Counted from the first letter of the stretch, positions 36,487 through 47,643 are shown. The stretch is 64,000 bases of DNA from Pseudomonadota bacterium (GCA_021849295.1 JAJZTA010000007.1:64007-128006), one strand, 5' to 3'. A program made the numbers and translations. Notes: generated from the letters alone by a model not told the origin.

Positions 36487-37490
36487 TTACGGCAGATGGC
36501 AGCGCTTGAGGAAGTCCCAGATAAACGCGCTGCCGTTGATGTCGTCGTTTTCCGGCCCGACGACGCTGTCGTAGCGTTTGCAAATCCAGCGCGTCGGGTG
36601 CGTCTTGCATGTTTTCGGGCCGGTTTGGACCGCGCCCGGCCAGCGGTGGCCCTCGCCCTTGATAGAGCAAAGCTCGACCGGCGCGTCCGCGGGGCAGCCT
36701 TCGTAGCGCACGCAGGTGACGGCGCCCTTGGTGAAGACGGTTTTGGTTTTCAAGGAACAGCCGTTGATCTTCGCCTCGGCGTCGAGCGCGTCGTGCACCG
36801 ACGGACACTGCCATGTGTTGCCGGGGATGCTGAAGCCGACGATCTTCGACCAGCAGCCGCCGCACGCTTTCCCGCCGTTGTAAGGAGCGCAGGGGTCGGC
36901 CGTTCCGTGGATGTGCAAAACGGCGACCGGACGTTTCGGGTGGCAGTCGTCGAAGACGCGCTGGCCGGAGACGGGAGCGACGGCGGCGATTTTGTCAGAC
37001 AACTGGCAGGCGAGGCGGTAGGCCATCATCGATCCGTTGGAATGGCCGGTGGCGTAGACGCGCTTGGTGTCGATGGCGTATTTTGCGCGAGAGTGTCGAT
37101 CATCTGAGAGATGAAGGCGACGTCGTCGACGTGGTTCTCTTCGGCATAGCCGCAGCAGCGTCCCGCGTTCCATGTGTACCTGCTGCTCCAGCCTTTGCCC
37201 GTGCCGTCGGGATAGACGGCGATGAAGCCGTTTTTGTCCGCCACCGCGTCCATGCCGGTTTGCCGCTCGAACTGCAGGGCGTTGCCGCCGCCGCCGTGCA
37301 GCATGATGACGACGGGAAGATTTTTACGGCGCAGGCCGTCGGGGATATGCACCACAAAGGTGCGCTTGCGCCCGCCGACTTTTATATGGCCGGTGTAATC
37401 CGCCGCCTGCGCGAAAGACGTAGCGCACAGGCAAAAAATCGTCATGAACAGAAGCAGCTTTTTCATGGGCGCGAGCATAGCATTTTCCAT
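36487..37490 (-). pseudogene. PHB-depolymerase-family esterase (LpqC-like), frameshifted
   Basis: ORF 37026-37490 (signal peptide, 'LPVVIMLHGGGGN', 'DDVAFISQMIDTL') continues in another frame as 'AKYAIDTKRVYATGHSNGSMMAYRLAC...' (36487-37086). The junction is at about 37086-37090 (GCGCAAAA) and is consistent with a 1-nt deletion. Confidence 0.75.
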
Positions 37491-37573
37491 GTCCGCCGTC
37501 TTGCGGATTTTTAAACGATTTAAAATCCGCCGTTTCCTGTTATCATGGCGGCACCAACCGGCGGAGGACGGAG

Positions 37574-38814
37574 ATGAATCCGATACACGCGCATGTCCTG
37601 CATTTTCACCCGAACGTCATCATGGTCTTCGGCACGCTGTTGCTGTTCGGCGTCGCGGGCGGGATGATCGCCAACCGCATCAAGTGGATGCCGACCATCA
37701 CGGCCTTCATGCTGCTCGGCGTGGCGATCGGGCCGGACGGCCTGGGGCTGATCACGCGCGGCGTGCTGTCGGAATCCTCCGCGCTGGTCGACGTCGCGCT
37801 GGGGCTGATCCTCTACAGCCTCGGCAACATGCTGCATCCGCGCGCGATGCTGCGCTCGAAAAAGCTGCTGGTCACCTAGGCGCTCTCGACGGCGCTCACT
37901 TTTCTGGCGGGTTTCCTGCTGATGCGCTTCTCCGGACACGCGTCCGCGCCGGCGGCGCTGATCGGCGGAATCGTCGTGTCGTCGTCGCCCGCGGTGCTGG
38001 TGCATGTCTCGGAAGAACTGCACGCCGAAGGGCCGGTGAGCGAGCGCGCCAAATCGCTCGTCGCGCTCAACAACCTTTTTTCGTTCCTGATCTTCTCCGT
38101 CGCGCTGCCCTTCGCCATGCTGACGCACGAAAATTCCCTCGGCGACGTGGTTCTGCTGCCGCTTTACAGGCTGGCTGGCGCGGCGGCGGTCGGCATCGCC
38201 GTCGCGTGGCTGGCGGTGCGCATCGCCCATCTGCTCGGGCCGGACGACGAGCACTACCGCTTCGCCATCGTCATCGGCGCGGTGATGCTGACCTTGGGCC
38301 TCGCCGGTTCGCTCGGCGCGTCGGCGCTGCTCGGGCCGCTGGTGCTGGGCATCACGACGCGCGGGCTGGAAACGCGGCATGTGATTTTGTCGCGCGTGGG
38401 GCTGGGCGAGGGCGGCGATTTGTTCTACATCATCCTCTTCGTCATGGCGGGCGCGGAAATCCATCTGCAGGGTCTGGGCGACATGGGGCTGGCGCCGCTG
38501 CTGCTCGCGCTGGCGCGCTGCGCCGGCATTTTCGCCGGCATCTTTCTCGCCGCGAGCCTCATGGGCATCGACGAAAAGCAGACCCTGCCGACCACGCTGC
38601 TGCTGGTGCCGATGGCGGGCATGGCGATCGGCCTCGTCGCCACCACCAACAACCTCGTGCCGAGATGGGCGTGAAGATCGCCGACACGGTTTACGCGATG
38701 GTCGCGTTTTTCGAGACCATCGGCCCCTTCGCGGTGACGGCCGCTTTCCGTATGGCCGGCGAGGCGCACAAACACGCCGCCTGCGCTGCGGACTGCGACG
38801 ACGCATGGCACTGA
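37574..38814 (+). pseudogene. cation:proton antiporter-family paralogue with an in-frame TAG and a frameshift
   Basis: Collinear with the intact paralogue at 41079-42302. TAG at 37877-37879 is in frame between ORFs 37574-37879 and 37922-38674. Near 38655-38665, 'CCGAGATGGGCG' shifts frame, so 'MGVKIADTVYAMVAFFETIGPF...' continues in the frame of ORF 37444-38814. Confidence 0.8.
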
Positions 38815-38838
38815 TTCCAGCGGATTTTATTGATTAAT

Positions 38839-38867
38839 TTGCATTCTGCGGCGCAGCAATGTACAAT
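38839..38867 (+). promoter_or_regulatory. sigma70-like promoter TTGCAT-17 nt-TACAAT with an 11-bp palindrome in the spacer
   Basis: TTGCAT at 38839-38844 and TACAAT at 38862-38867. The spacer holds CTGCGGCGCAG (38846-38856). About 60 nt upstream of the Cys-rich ORF. Confidence 0.5.
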
Positions 38868-38927
38868 GTGAATCTTCAAGACATATTGAGGACTTTCTAA
38901 AACCTTAACTCCAAAAGGAGACCAACC

Positions 38928-39080
38928 ATGACCGAAGAAAACAAAGAAGGCTGCTGCAACGCCGAAGAGAAAAAAGAAGAAGGCTGCTGCGGCACCGAGA
39001 AAAAAGAATGCACTTGCTTTTCCGAAGAGAAGAAAGAAGGCGAAGCCGGTTCCTGCTCGACGGGTTCCTGCGGCTCCTAA
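38928..39080 (+). CDS. 50-aa Cys-rich acidic/lysine-rich small protein (metallothionein-like candidate)
   Basis: Not in the track (under 60 aa). ATG preceded by AAAAGGAGA. Translation MTEENKEGCCNAEEKKEEGCCGTEKKECTCFSEEKKEGEAGSCSTGSCGS, with 8 Cys. Flanked by a promoter and a terminator. Confidence 0.55.
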   Translation: MTEENKEGCCNAEEKKEEGCCGTEKKECTCFSEEKKEGEAGSCSTGSCGS

Positions 39081-39111
39081 TTATCTCTCTATTCGTGATA
39101 CAAAAGAAAAG

Positions 39112-39137
39112 GTCGGCCTTCGGGTCGGCTTTTTTTT
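39112..39137 (+). terminator. intrinsic terminator after the Cys-rich ORF
   Basis: 7-bp GC-rich stem closing a C(UUCG)G tetraloop, followed by T8. Confidence 0.6.
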
Positions 39138-39271
39138 GTGCGTGTTCAAAATCCCTTCTGCTTGCTGCAAATGCGTCTTTTCTGCGCTCCGCCGCTCACG
39201 TGCTTCAAGCACGCTGCGCTGCGGTGCTCGAAAAGCCGCATTTTCGCTAGCGCATAAGTGATTTTGAGGTT

Positions 39272-40135
39272 TCAGGGCCTGGGCTTGCCGTCCGGCGCGG
39301 GCTTTTGCTTGTGGTGCGGCGCGAAAGCGACATGGGGCGGCACGCGGAGGTCGTCGTCTTTGTAGATAACGGGATTGCCGTCCAGCGTTTCCACCTTGCC
39401 GCCCGCGGCCTCGATGATGGCGTGGCCGGGCGCGACGTCCCACCAGCAGGTGCGGCCTTCGTGCTTGCTGCTTTCGTAGACGGACATGTCGGCCAATCCC
39501 TCCGCCACCTGACAGGCGCGCAGGATGCCGCTTTTGGGGTCGATGCGCGCCGCCCTGCCGAATTGTTCGGAGAGCCAGCCCTTGATATGCCGCACGTTGG
39601 CGTGCTTCTCGTTGACCAGCACGCGCAGGTCTGCGCCGTCGCTGTCTTTTTCCGTTTTGCCGATCGGCGTGCGCTTGCCGGTCTTGTCGACCTTGGTCGC
39701 CGTGCCCGCGCCCGCGGCGGAATACATCAGCCCCATCGCCGGATGATAGATCACGCCGAGCACGGGCTTGTTGTCCACGACCAGCGAGATGGCGACGACG
39801 AAGGCGCCGGTGCGGTTGATAAATTCCTTGGTGCCGTCGAGCGGGTCGACCGTCCAGAAGGTGCCGCCGCTGACGTCGGGCGTTTCGCCGTTGGCGACGC
39901 GCTCTTCCGAGACGATGGGGATGCCGGGGGCGAGTTTTTTCAGCGCGGGCAGAATAATGCGCTCCGCCGCGAGGTCCGCCGCCGTCACTTCGCTGCCGTC
40001 GTTCTTGATGGTGATGTCGGCGTCCGCTTCGCCGTTGTAATAGCGCATGATCGCCGCGCCCGCCTGACGGGCGATGTCTTCGACGGGGTCGAGCAGTGCT
40101 TTGGCATCAGGCCTTTGCGGAGCGGAGTCTTTCAT
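39272..40135 (-). CDS. cysQ: 3'(2'),5'-bisphosphate nucleotidase CysQ / inositol monophosphatase family
   Basis: 'FWTVDPLDGTKEF' and 'WWDVAPGHAI' motifs. 287 aa with a Lys/Pro tail. Confidence 0.85.
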   Translation of the reverse strand: MKDSAPQRPDAKALLDPVEDIARQAGAAIMRYYNGEADADITIKNDGSEVTAADLAAERIILPALKKLAPGIPIVSEERVANGETPDVSGGTFWTVDPLDGTKEFINRTGAFVVAISLVVDNKPVLGVIYHPAMGLMYSAAGAGTATKVDKTGKRTPIGKTEKDSDGADLRVLVNEKHANVRHIKGWLSEQFGRAARIDPKSGILRACQVAEGLADMSVYESSKHEGRTCWWDVAPGHAIIEAAGGKVETLDGNPVIYKDDDLRVPPHVAFAPHHKQKPAPDGKPRP

Positions 40136-40186
40136 GCTGCGAGTATAGCAGGAATATGGCTAATTATTTGTTAACGCCCTGTAATA

Positions 40187-40825
40187 TCAAAACTTATCCA
40201 GCCGCAAATCCAGCACGGTGATCTCCGGCGCGACGTGGGCTACCTGCAGCCCCGCGAGGCCGGCGGAGCGCAGATTGTCCGGCATGTCGTCGACGAACAG
40301 GGTCTCTTTGGCGTTCAGCCCCGCGTCCTTGATCACGTGGACGAAAATCGCGGGGTCGGGCTTGCGCCGCCCGACGAGGTGCGAGTAATAGGCCTTCTCG
40401 AAATGGTCGTCAAGCCTGCCGCCGTGCAGGCCGGTGTAGAGCTCCTGCACGTAGGCGTGATGGGTGGCGTTGATGTTGCTGAGGAGAAACAGGCGGAACT
40501 TCGGCTTCAGCGCGTTCAAGAGCGCGACGCGCTCTGCGGGAAAGCCGGTGATCATGGCGTTCATCGCGGCGGCGAGCTCGGCGTCCGTCGGCGCCTTGGA
40601 GGAAAGAGAGCGGATATGCGCGAAGACCTCCGCCGTTTCGGCCTTGCCGGTTTCGTATTTGCGGAAGAGCTGCTTGTCCTCGTCGTGGCCCATGGTGGTC
40701 TTCGGGTCGGGAATGCCGAGCGCTTCGAAGGCGGCGCGCCCCTTGTCGAAGTCGAGATCGACCAGAACCCCGCCGAGGTCGAAGATGATGTTTTTGATTG
40801 GGAGTGGTTTTTTGTCTTTGGTCAT
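40187..40825 (-). CDS. HAD-IA family hydrolase (YihX-like)
   Basis: 'IIFDLGGVLV' motif I, 'LLSNIN', 'GRRKPD', 'FVDD'. The start at ATG 40823-40825 forms ATGA with the stop of an upstream small ORF. The track ORF extends to 40906. Confidence 0.8.
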   Translation of the reverse strand: MTKDKKPLPIKNIIFDLGGVLVDLDFDKGRAAFEALGIPDPKTTMGHDEDKQLFRKYETGKAETAEVFAHIRSLSSKAPTDAELAAAMNAMITGFPAERVALLNALKPKFRLFLLSNINATHHAYVQELYTGLHGGRLDDHFEKAYYSHLVGRRKPDPAIFVHVIKDAGLNAKETLFVDDMPDNLRSAGLAGLQVAHVAPEITVLDLRLDKF

Positions 40826-41061
40826 GAGGGGGATGATAGCGGAAGCCGCGCATCCTCTGCAACGGTGAACGCCGGCGGGCTTTCCTTTTCCCGACATATC
40901 CGCCACTTGGGCCGATAGGCGCTTTCGATATTTTCGCTGAAGCAGGCGATGTCGAAAAGGGGCGTTTGCAGGCGCGGTTTTTCAGGGTTGCCCCGTATCG
41001 CTGACAAATGATCCGGATTTTGCGCCAGTTTCAGCATCAGCGCGGCCCTCCGGCTTGCCAT
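40822..41061 (-). CDS. possible 79-aa protein translationally coupled to the HAD gene
   Basis: In-frame tail of track ORF 40822-41661, starting 'MASRRAALMLKLAQNPDHL'. GGGAAAG lies 3 nt upstream, codons are GC3-rich, and there is an ATGA overlap with the HAD start. No family recognised. Confidence 0.35.
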   Translation of the reverse strand: MASRRAALMLKLAQNPDHLSAIRGNPEKPRLQTPLFDIACFSENIESAYRPKWRICREKESPPAFTVAEDARLPLSSPS

Positions 41062-41078
41062 GAGCTTTCCCGCGGCCG

Positions 41079-42302
41079 TCAATCCTCTTTGTCTTGATCG
41101 GCTTCCCCCGCAATCAGGAAGGCTTCCTTTGCGGCGATCGGGCCCAAGGTCTCCAATATAGCGACCATCGACAGGATAATCGCCGTTATGCCCCTTGCCA
41201 TTTCCGGAAGAAGCTGGGATGCGGTCAGAACAAGGCCGATAGCCAGGCTGGCCATCGGCATCAGCAGCAGGGAGATGGGGCCCGCCTGCCGCATGTCGGC
41301 TTTCATCAGGCGTGACGCGCCGTAGACTCCGGCGGATTTGCCGACGAGGCGGGCAAACACGAGCATGACCGGCAACAGGCCCATCTTTGCCACAAGGCCG
41401 ATGTTTATCTTTGCGCCCGCAAAGACGAAGAGGATGATGAAGAAGAGGTCGCCGCCTTCCCCCATCGTCACGCGGGAAAGGTTGTGGCGGGACGTCTCGA
41501 ACCATCTGGTCGCGATCCCGAGGACAAGCGGGGCCAGCAGGGCCGAAATGCCAAGCATGTTGCAGATGCCGAGAACGAGCGCGATGGAGCCGATCACGAT
41601 CGAGAAGCGGTAATGTTCGTCGTTGGGCTTGAGCATTCTGGCCAGCCTGACGGAAACCCACGCCACGAGAGTGCCGACGGTGACCGCGCCTATAAACCTG
41701 TAGGCCGTGTACATCACGGCGCTGACGACGTTTATGGTGCCGTATCTGCCCATGGCAAAAGGCAGCGCCAGGCTGAACAGGATATATGATATCAGGTTAT
41801 TGAGGGCGATGAGCGATTTCGTCCGGTCGGTGACGGGACCCTTTGCCCGCATTTCCCCGGCGACGTGCACGAGGACGGCGGGGGACGATGATATCGAGAT
41901 GGCGGCCACCACCCAGGCGTGAGCCGTGCCGAAACCAAGGGCGGCGATAAGGGCGAAGACCAGCAGAAACGAGAAGAGGTTTTCCGCAAGCGACATCCAC
42001 TGCAATGACCTGGAGCGGAGCATCTCCTTGGGATGCAGGGCGTTGCCGAGTTTGTAGAGTATCAGGCCCATCGCGATGGTTGTCAGGACAGAGGATTCCG
42101 CCAGCATGTCCTGCGTCACGAGCGACAGCCCGTGAGGGCCGATTATAAATCCGAGCGCCATAAAAGATGAGATCGTCGGCAGCCAGCTGATGCGGTTGGC
42201 GATAATTCCGCCAAGGACGCCGAACAGCAAAAATATGCCGAATACAAGCATCGGGCCCGGATGCATGTCCATCTTCATGATGTAGTTTTCGGCCCAATCC
42301 AC
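41079..42302 (-). CDS. cation:proton antiporter-family membrane protein (intact paralogue)
   Basis: 407 aa, about 11-12 TM helices. 'IANRISWLPTISSFMALGFIIGPHGLSLV' is a Na_H_Exchanger-type N-terminus. GTG start, with internal ATGs possible. Confidence 0.85.
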   Translation of the reverse strand: MDWAENYIMKMDMHPGPMLVFGIFLLFGVLGGIIANRISWLPTISSFMALGFIIGPHGLSLVTQDMLAESSVLTTIAMGLILYKLGNALHPKEMLRSRSLQWMSLAENLFSFLLVFALIAALGFGTAHAWVVAAISISSSPAVLVHVAGEMRAKGPVTDRTKSLIALNNLISYILFSLALPFAMGRYGTINVVSAVMYTAYRFIGAVTVGTLVAWVSVRLARMLKPNDEHYRFSIVIGSIALVLGICNMLGISALLAPLVLGIATRWFETSRHNLSRVTMGEGGDLFFIILFVFAGAKINIGLVAKMGLLPVMLVFARLVGKSAGVYGASRLMKADMRQAGPISLLLMPMASLAIGLVLTASQLLPEMARGITAIILSMVAILETLGPIAAKEAFLIAGEADQDKED

Positions 42303-42443
42303 CCTCTCTCCTTACGTAAATTTTCTACTGCCTTATTTTAGTCCATCAGCGTCAGGCGGTCAAGGATTGATGCATGCTATCCCTTTATTATTCCTTTCAT
42401 AAAACCGTTTTCGCGGTTCGGGAGATGGGGTGAAAGCGGTAAC

Positions 42444-42520
42444 TGGTGGGCCCGGCAGGACTTGAACCTGCGACCAGACCGTTATGAGCGGCCTGCTCTA
42501 ACCAACTGAGCTACAGGCCC
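42444..42520 (-). tRNA. tRNA with CAU anticodon, most similar to tRNA-Ile2 (lysidine type); elongator Met not excluded
   Basis: 77 nt: GGGCCTGTAGCTCAGTTGGTTAGAGCAGGCCGCTCATAACGGTCTGGTCGCAGGTTCAAGTCCTGCCGGGCCCACCA. The anticodon arm and T arm resemble E. coli ileX more than metT. Confidence 0.9.
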
Positions 42521-42546
42521 CCGGTTTTTCCCGAGGGGAAAAACAA

Positions 42547-44607
<2,061 letters not shown>

Positions 44608-44670
44608 TCGCGGATTGTCTCCTGATAAAATCCTGCGATCCTGAACGATCTCAGGACCGCTTTTGTTCCT

Positions 44671-46464
44671 TTATGCCGTCTTCGCGCCTCTGAAGCCGAT
44701 ATTCCACACGTCCTGCCATGCCTGACGGGCGAGCTCTAGCGTCTGCCCCGGCTTGATGAAGCCTGCATGAAGATACAATGCGTCGTTGAATATATTCTCC
44801 AAAATTTTGCCATACCCTGATTCACTAAGATGTTGTTTAACAGCCTGATAGTCAAGGTTGTTGTGCGTGTCGAGCAGATTAATCAGCGCCTGTCTTATAT
44901 TGTCATATTCCGTGTCCGCCATCGGCAGCATGCCGAGGCTCTCGCCGAATTCGTCGTAAAGCGCGGGATAGCTGATCATCAGGCCGAGCAAAACGCGCAT
45001 CCGGTCGATCTGGCGGCTCTTGCGGGACTTGACCGGCTGGGCCTTGACGCTGTCCGGACGGTAGGGCGTGTTCAGCCCCGGCGTGACGGGTTTTCCCCGC
45101 GCATAGGCCTTTTTCGCGGGCGCTCCGGTTGATGTTTTGCGGGCGAGAAAAGCCCCATCAATCCTTTGATTAATCTCGTTAATGAAGAATTTCTGCACCG
45201 AAAGATCGGAGATGTTGCGCGCGCGCCTGGTGAGTGCGGCGCGAAAGCCCGCCTTGACTTCCGGCTGCGCCATGTCGCGCCCGCGCGCGCATTCCTGCCA
45301 GATCATGTCGAAGAGCGGGATGGCGTTTTTGAGCACGCGCTCCATCGCGCCGCGGCCCTCGGCCTTGATCAGGCTGTCGGGGTCGTGCTCCTCGGGCAGG
45401 AAGGCGAATTTAACAGAATGATCGGGTTTGAGGATCGGCAGCACGCGCTCCATCGCGCGGGCGGCGGCGCGCTGCCCCGCGGCGTCGCCGTCGAAGCAGA
45501 GGATCGGCGTGCGGTTGTCTTCCGGCATGGCTTTCCAGAGAGCCTCGATCTGCTCCTCGGTCAGCGCCGTGCCGAGCGGGGCGACGGGCGCCTTGAAGCC
45601 GGCCTGCGCGAGGGCGATCACGTCCATGTAGCCTTCGACCACCACGGCGACCTTGCCGCCGCCGAGCGCCTTGCGCGCGCGGGAGAGGCCGTAAAGCCCG
45701 CGGCCTTTGTGGAAGATGACGCTCTCCGGCGAGTTGATATATTTCGGCGCATCCTTGCCAGATGTTCCATTCTTTGGGGGCCCGCCGTATGCAGCGGGCA
45801 GCACGCGCCCGCCGAAAGCGACGACGCGCCCCTGAACGTCGAGCACCGGAAAGATGACGCGGTTTCTGAAGAAGGGGTAAATATCCCCCTGTTTTCGCGA
45901 CGAGTTTTTGAACAATCCGGCATCGAGCAGATCGCCGGTTTTGAAGCCCGCCCCGAGCAGGGATTTTTGCAAATCGTCCGCATCTCCATCTGGCGCGTAG
46001 CCGAGGCGGAAACTTTTGATGACGTCTGAAGACAATCCGCGTTCTTTCAGATATTGCAGGATTTTTTTATTCTTCTGGTCGTGAAGCTGCTGCTCGAAGT
46101 ATTTCGCGGCGGCTTCCATCAGATCGTAGAGGCCGGACTGCTTTTTGTAGCGCTGTTCGTCGGCGGGGCTGGACTTGGGCACCTGCATCCCCGCGAGGCT
46201 CGCGAGCTGCTCGACAGCGTCCATAAAGCTCATGTTGTCGTGGTTCATCAGGAAGCCGATGGAATCGCCGTGCGCGCCGCAGCCGAAGCAGTGGTAGAAG
46301 CCCTTCTGGTCGTTGACGGTGAAGGAGGGGGTTTTTTCCTTATGGAAGGGGCAGCAGCCCTTGTATTCGTGTCCGGCGCGGACGAGCTTCATCCGCTTGC
46401 CGATGATATCGGACAAGGGAACGCGCGCGCGCAGTTCATCCTTAAAGGCTTCGGGCAGGGACAT
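44671..46464 (-). CDS. dnaG: DNA primase
   Basis: 597 aa with the zinc finger 'CPFHKEKTPSFTVNDQKGFYHCFGCGAHGD' and a TOPRIM region ('VVEGYMDVIAL'). Confidence 0.97.
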   Translation of the reverse strand: MSLPEAFKDELRARVPLSDIIGKRMKLVRAGHEYKGCCPFHKEKTPSFTVNDQKGFYHCFGCGAHGDSIGFLMNHDNMSFMDAVEQLASLAGMQVPKSSPADEQRYKKQSGLYDLMEAAAKYFEQQLHDQKNKKILQYLKERGLSSDVIKSFRLGYAPDGDADDLQKSLLGAGFKTGDLLDAGLFKNSSRKQGDIYPFFRNRVIFPVLDVQGRVVAFGGRVLPAAYGGPPKNGTSGKDAPKYINSPESVIFHKGRGLYGLSRARKALGGGKVAVVVEGYMDVIALAQAGFKAPVAPLGTALTEEQIEALWKAMPEDNRTPILCFDGDAAGQRAAARAMERVLPILKPDHSVKFAFLPEEHDPDSLIKAEGRGAMERVLKNAIPLFDMIWQECARGRDMAQPEVKAGFRAALTRRARNISDLSVQKFFINEINQRIDGAFLARKTSTGAPAKKAYARGKPVTPGLNTPYRPDSVKAQPVKSRKSRQIDRMRVLLGLMISYPALYDEFGESLGMLPMADTEYDNIRQALINLLDTHNNLDYQAVKQHLSESGYGKILENIFNDALYLHAGFIKPGQTLELARQAWQDVWNIGFRGAKTA

Positions 46465-46505
46465 GGGCGGAAAATAGTATAGTTTACCGCTTAAAACAAG
46501 GCATT

Positions 46506-46817
46506 TTAGAGCGGTTTCGGCCTGTTTTGCGGCGGATTCGCCTGCGTTTCCGGCGGCGGATGGCCGCCCAGTTCCACAAGCTTGGCGCGCATGACGGCGA
46601 CGGTTTTCGCGTCGATAAAGTCAAAGGGCGTGACGGACGTCGCGGCCAGGCCGTCGCAGCCGAAATTGACCGTCGTGCGCTCTCTTGCCTGAAAGTCGTA
46701 CATGTCGCACATGTTGACGAACCAGCCCGTCGTATGATGCGCGAGGGTCGTGTCGTTTATTTTCTCGAACGTGCTGCGGTTGAGGCCGAGCCTGTTGAAA
46801 AACTCTTTAAAACGCAT
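46506..46817 (-). CDS. hypothetical protein
   Basis: 103 aa from the in-frame ATG at 46815-46817, 8 nt downstream of the DUF1566 gene stop. No family recognised. Confidence 0.45.
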   Translation of the reverse strand: MRFKEFFNRLGLNRSTFEKINDTTLAHHTTGWFVNMCDMYDFQARERTTVNFGCDGLAATSVTPFDFIDAKTVAVMRAKLVELGGHPPPETQANPPQNRPKPL

Positions 46818-46824
46818 CTCCGTA

Positions 46825-47643
46825 TCAGTTGCGGACGAAGAGCGCCGTATGGCCTTTGCCGCTCGTCTTCTCTTTCTGGACATACACATGGTGGCTGTCG
46901 AGGCTCCGGAACGAGGTGTTTTTGTAGATCGCGCCGGTTTTGACGCGGCCGAAGCTGGCGCGGGTCGAAGACCAGTAGCTGACGTTCTCCACCTGGGGAA
47001 GTTTTTGAACGTTGTTGAAGATTTGCGTCAGTTCGCCGATGGTCGGGATGCGGCAGTTGTCCTTGCCGGCGGTCTTGAGTTTGTCCGCGGCTTCCTCGGC
47101 GTCCCTGAAGTCCATGCAGCCGGAGTGGGCGGGGGCGACGTAGAGCGGCTTGCCGTCTTCCACCGAGCGGCCGACATAGAACCAGCCGTCTTCCGCGGGC
47201 GAGCCGATCGTCAGGGCGTTGAGGATGTTGTCTTCTTCCGAAACCGCGGCCTTTTCGGCGGCGGGCGCTTCGGCCGTTGCGGCGGGGGTGGCCGCTTCGA
47301 CGGCCGCAGCCAGCGCCGCTTCGTTGAGCGGGGCGGGGGCGGCGGGCTTGTTGTAAACCTTGTGGCCGTCGGCGGAAATGACGAGGTGGCCGTCTTCGGC
47401 CTGACCCACGGACACGCCCTTCAGGACGACCGTGTTGAAATTCTCGCTGATGCTGACAGCAGCGCCGTCGCCGGCGGCGGTGGCGGTGGCGGCGGTGGTC
47501 ATTTCGATGCCCTTGTCGGTATAGGCGGTGACCGTCTTCGCGGCGTCGTCGATTTCGACCTTGTGCGCGCCGAACGTCACGGTGGTGACGTCGCCCTTGC
47601 GGGTCAGTTGAACTTCTTTCTGTTGCATGCCGTATTGGGTCAT
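46825..47643 (-). CDS. DUF1566 (Lcl C-terminal)-domain protein
   Basis: The C-terminal 'CRIPTIGELTQIF...YWSST' fits the DUF1566 pattern. Ala/Pro-rich linker and no signal peptide. Confidence 0.65.
   Translation of the reverse strand: MTQYGMQQKEVQLTRKGDVTTVTFGAHKVEIDDAAKTVTAYTDKGIEMTTAATATAAGDGAAVSISENFNTVVLKGVSVGQAEDGHLVISADGHKVYNKPAAPAPLNEAALAAAVEAATPAATAEAPAAEKAAVSEEDNILNALTIGSPAEDGWFYVGRSVEDGKPLYVAPAHSGCMDFRDAEEAADKLKTAGKDNCRIPTIGELTQIFNNVQKLPQVENVSYWSSTRASFGRVKTGAIYKNTSFRSLDSHHVYVQKEKTSGKGHTALFVRN

Noticed and set aside
37877-37879. The idea that the TAG in the dead antiporter copy derives from a Trp codon, as a G-to-A signature.
   Set aside because: When aligned without gaps to the intact paralogue, the stop falls opposite Ser, two positions after the Trp. 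The ancestral codon therefore cannot be inferred from this window.
39008-39250. The 80-aa track ORF overlapping the 3' part of the Cys-rich gene and its terminator.
   Set aside because: It runs out of frame with the well-signalled Cys-rich ORF and reads through a hairpin and T8 terminator. It has no RBS, and its sequence is low-complexity and hydrophobic.
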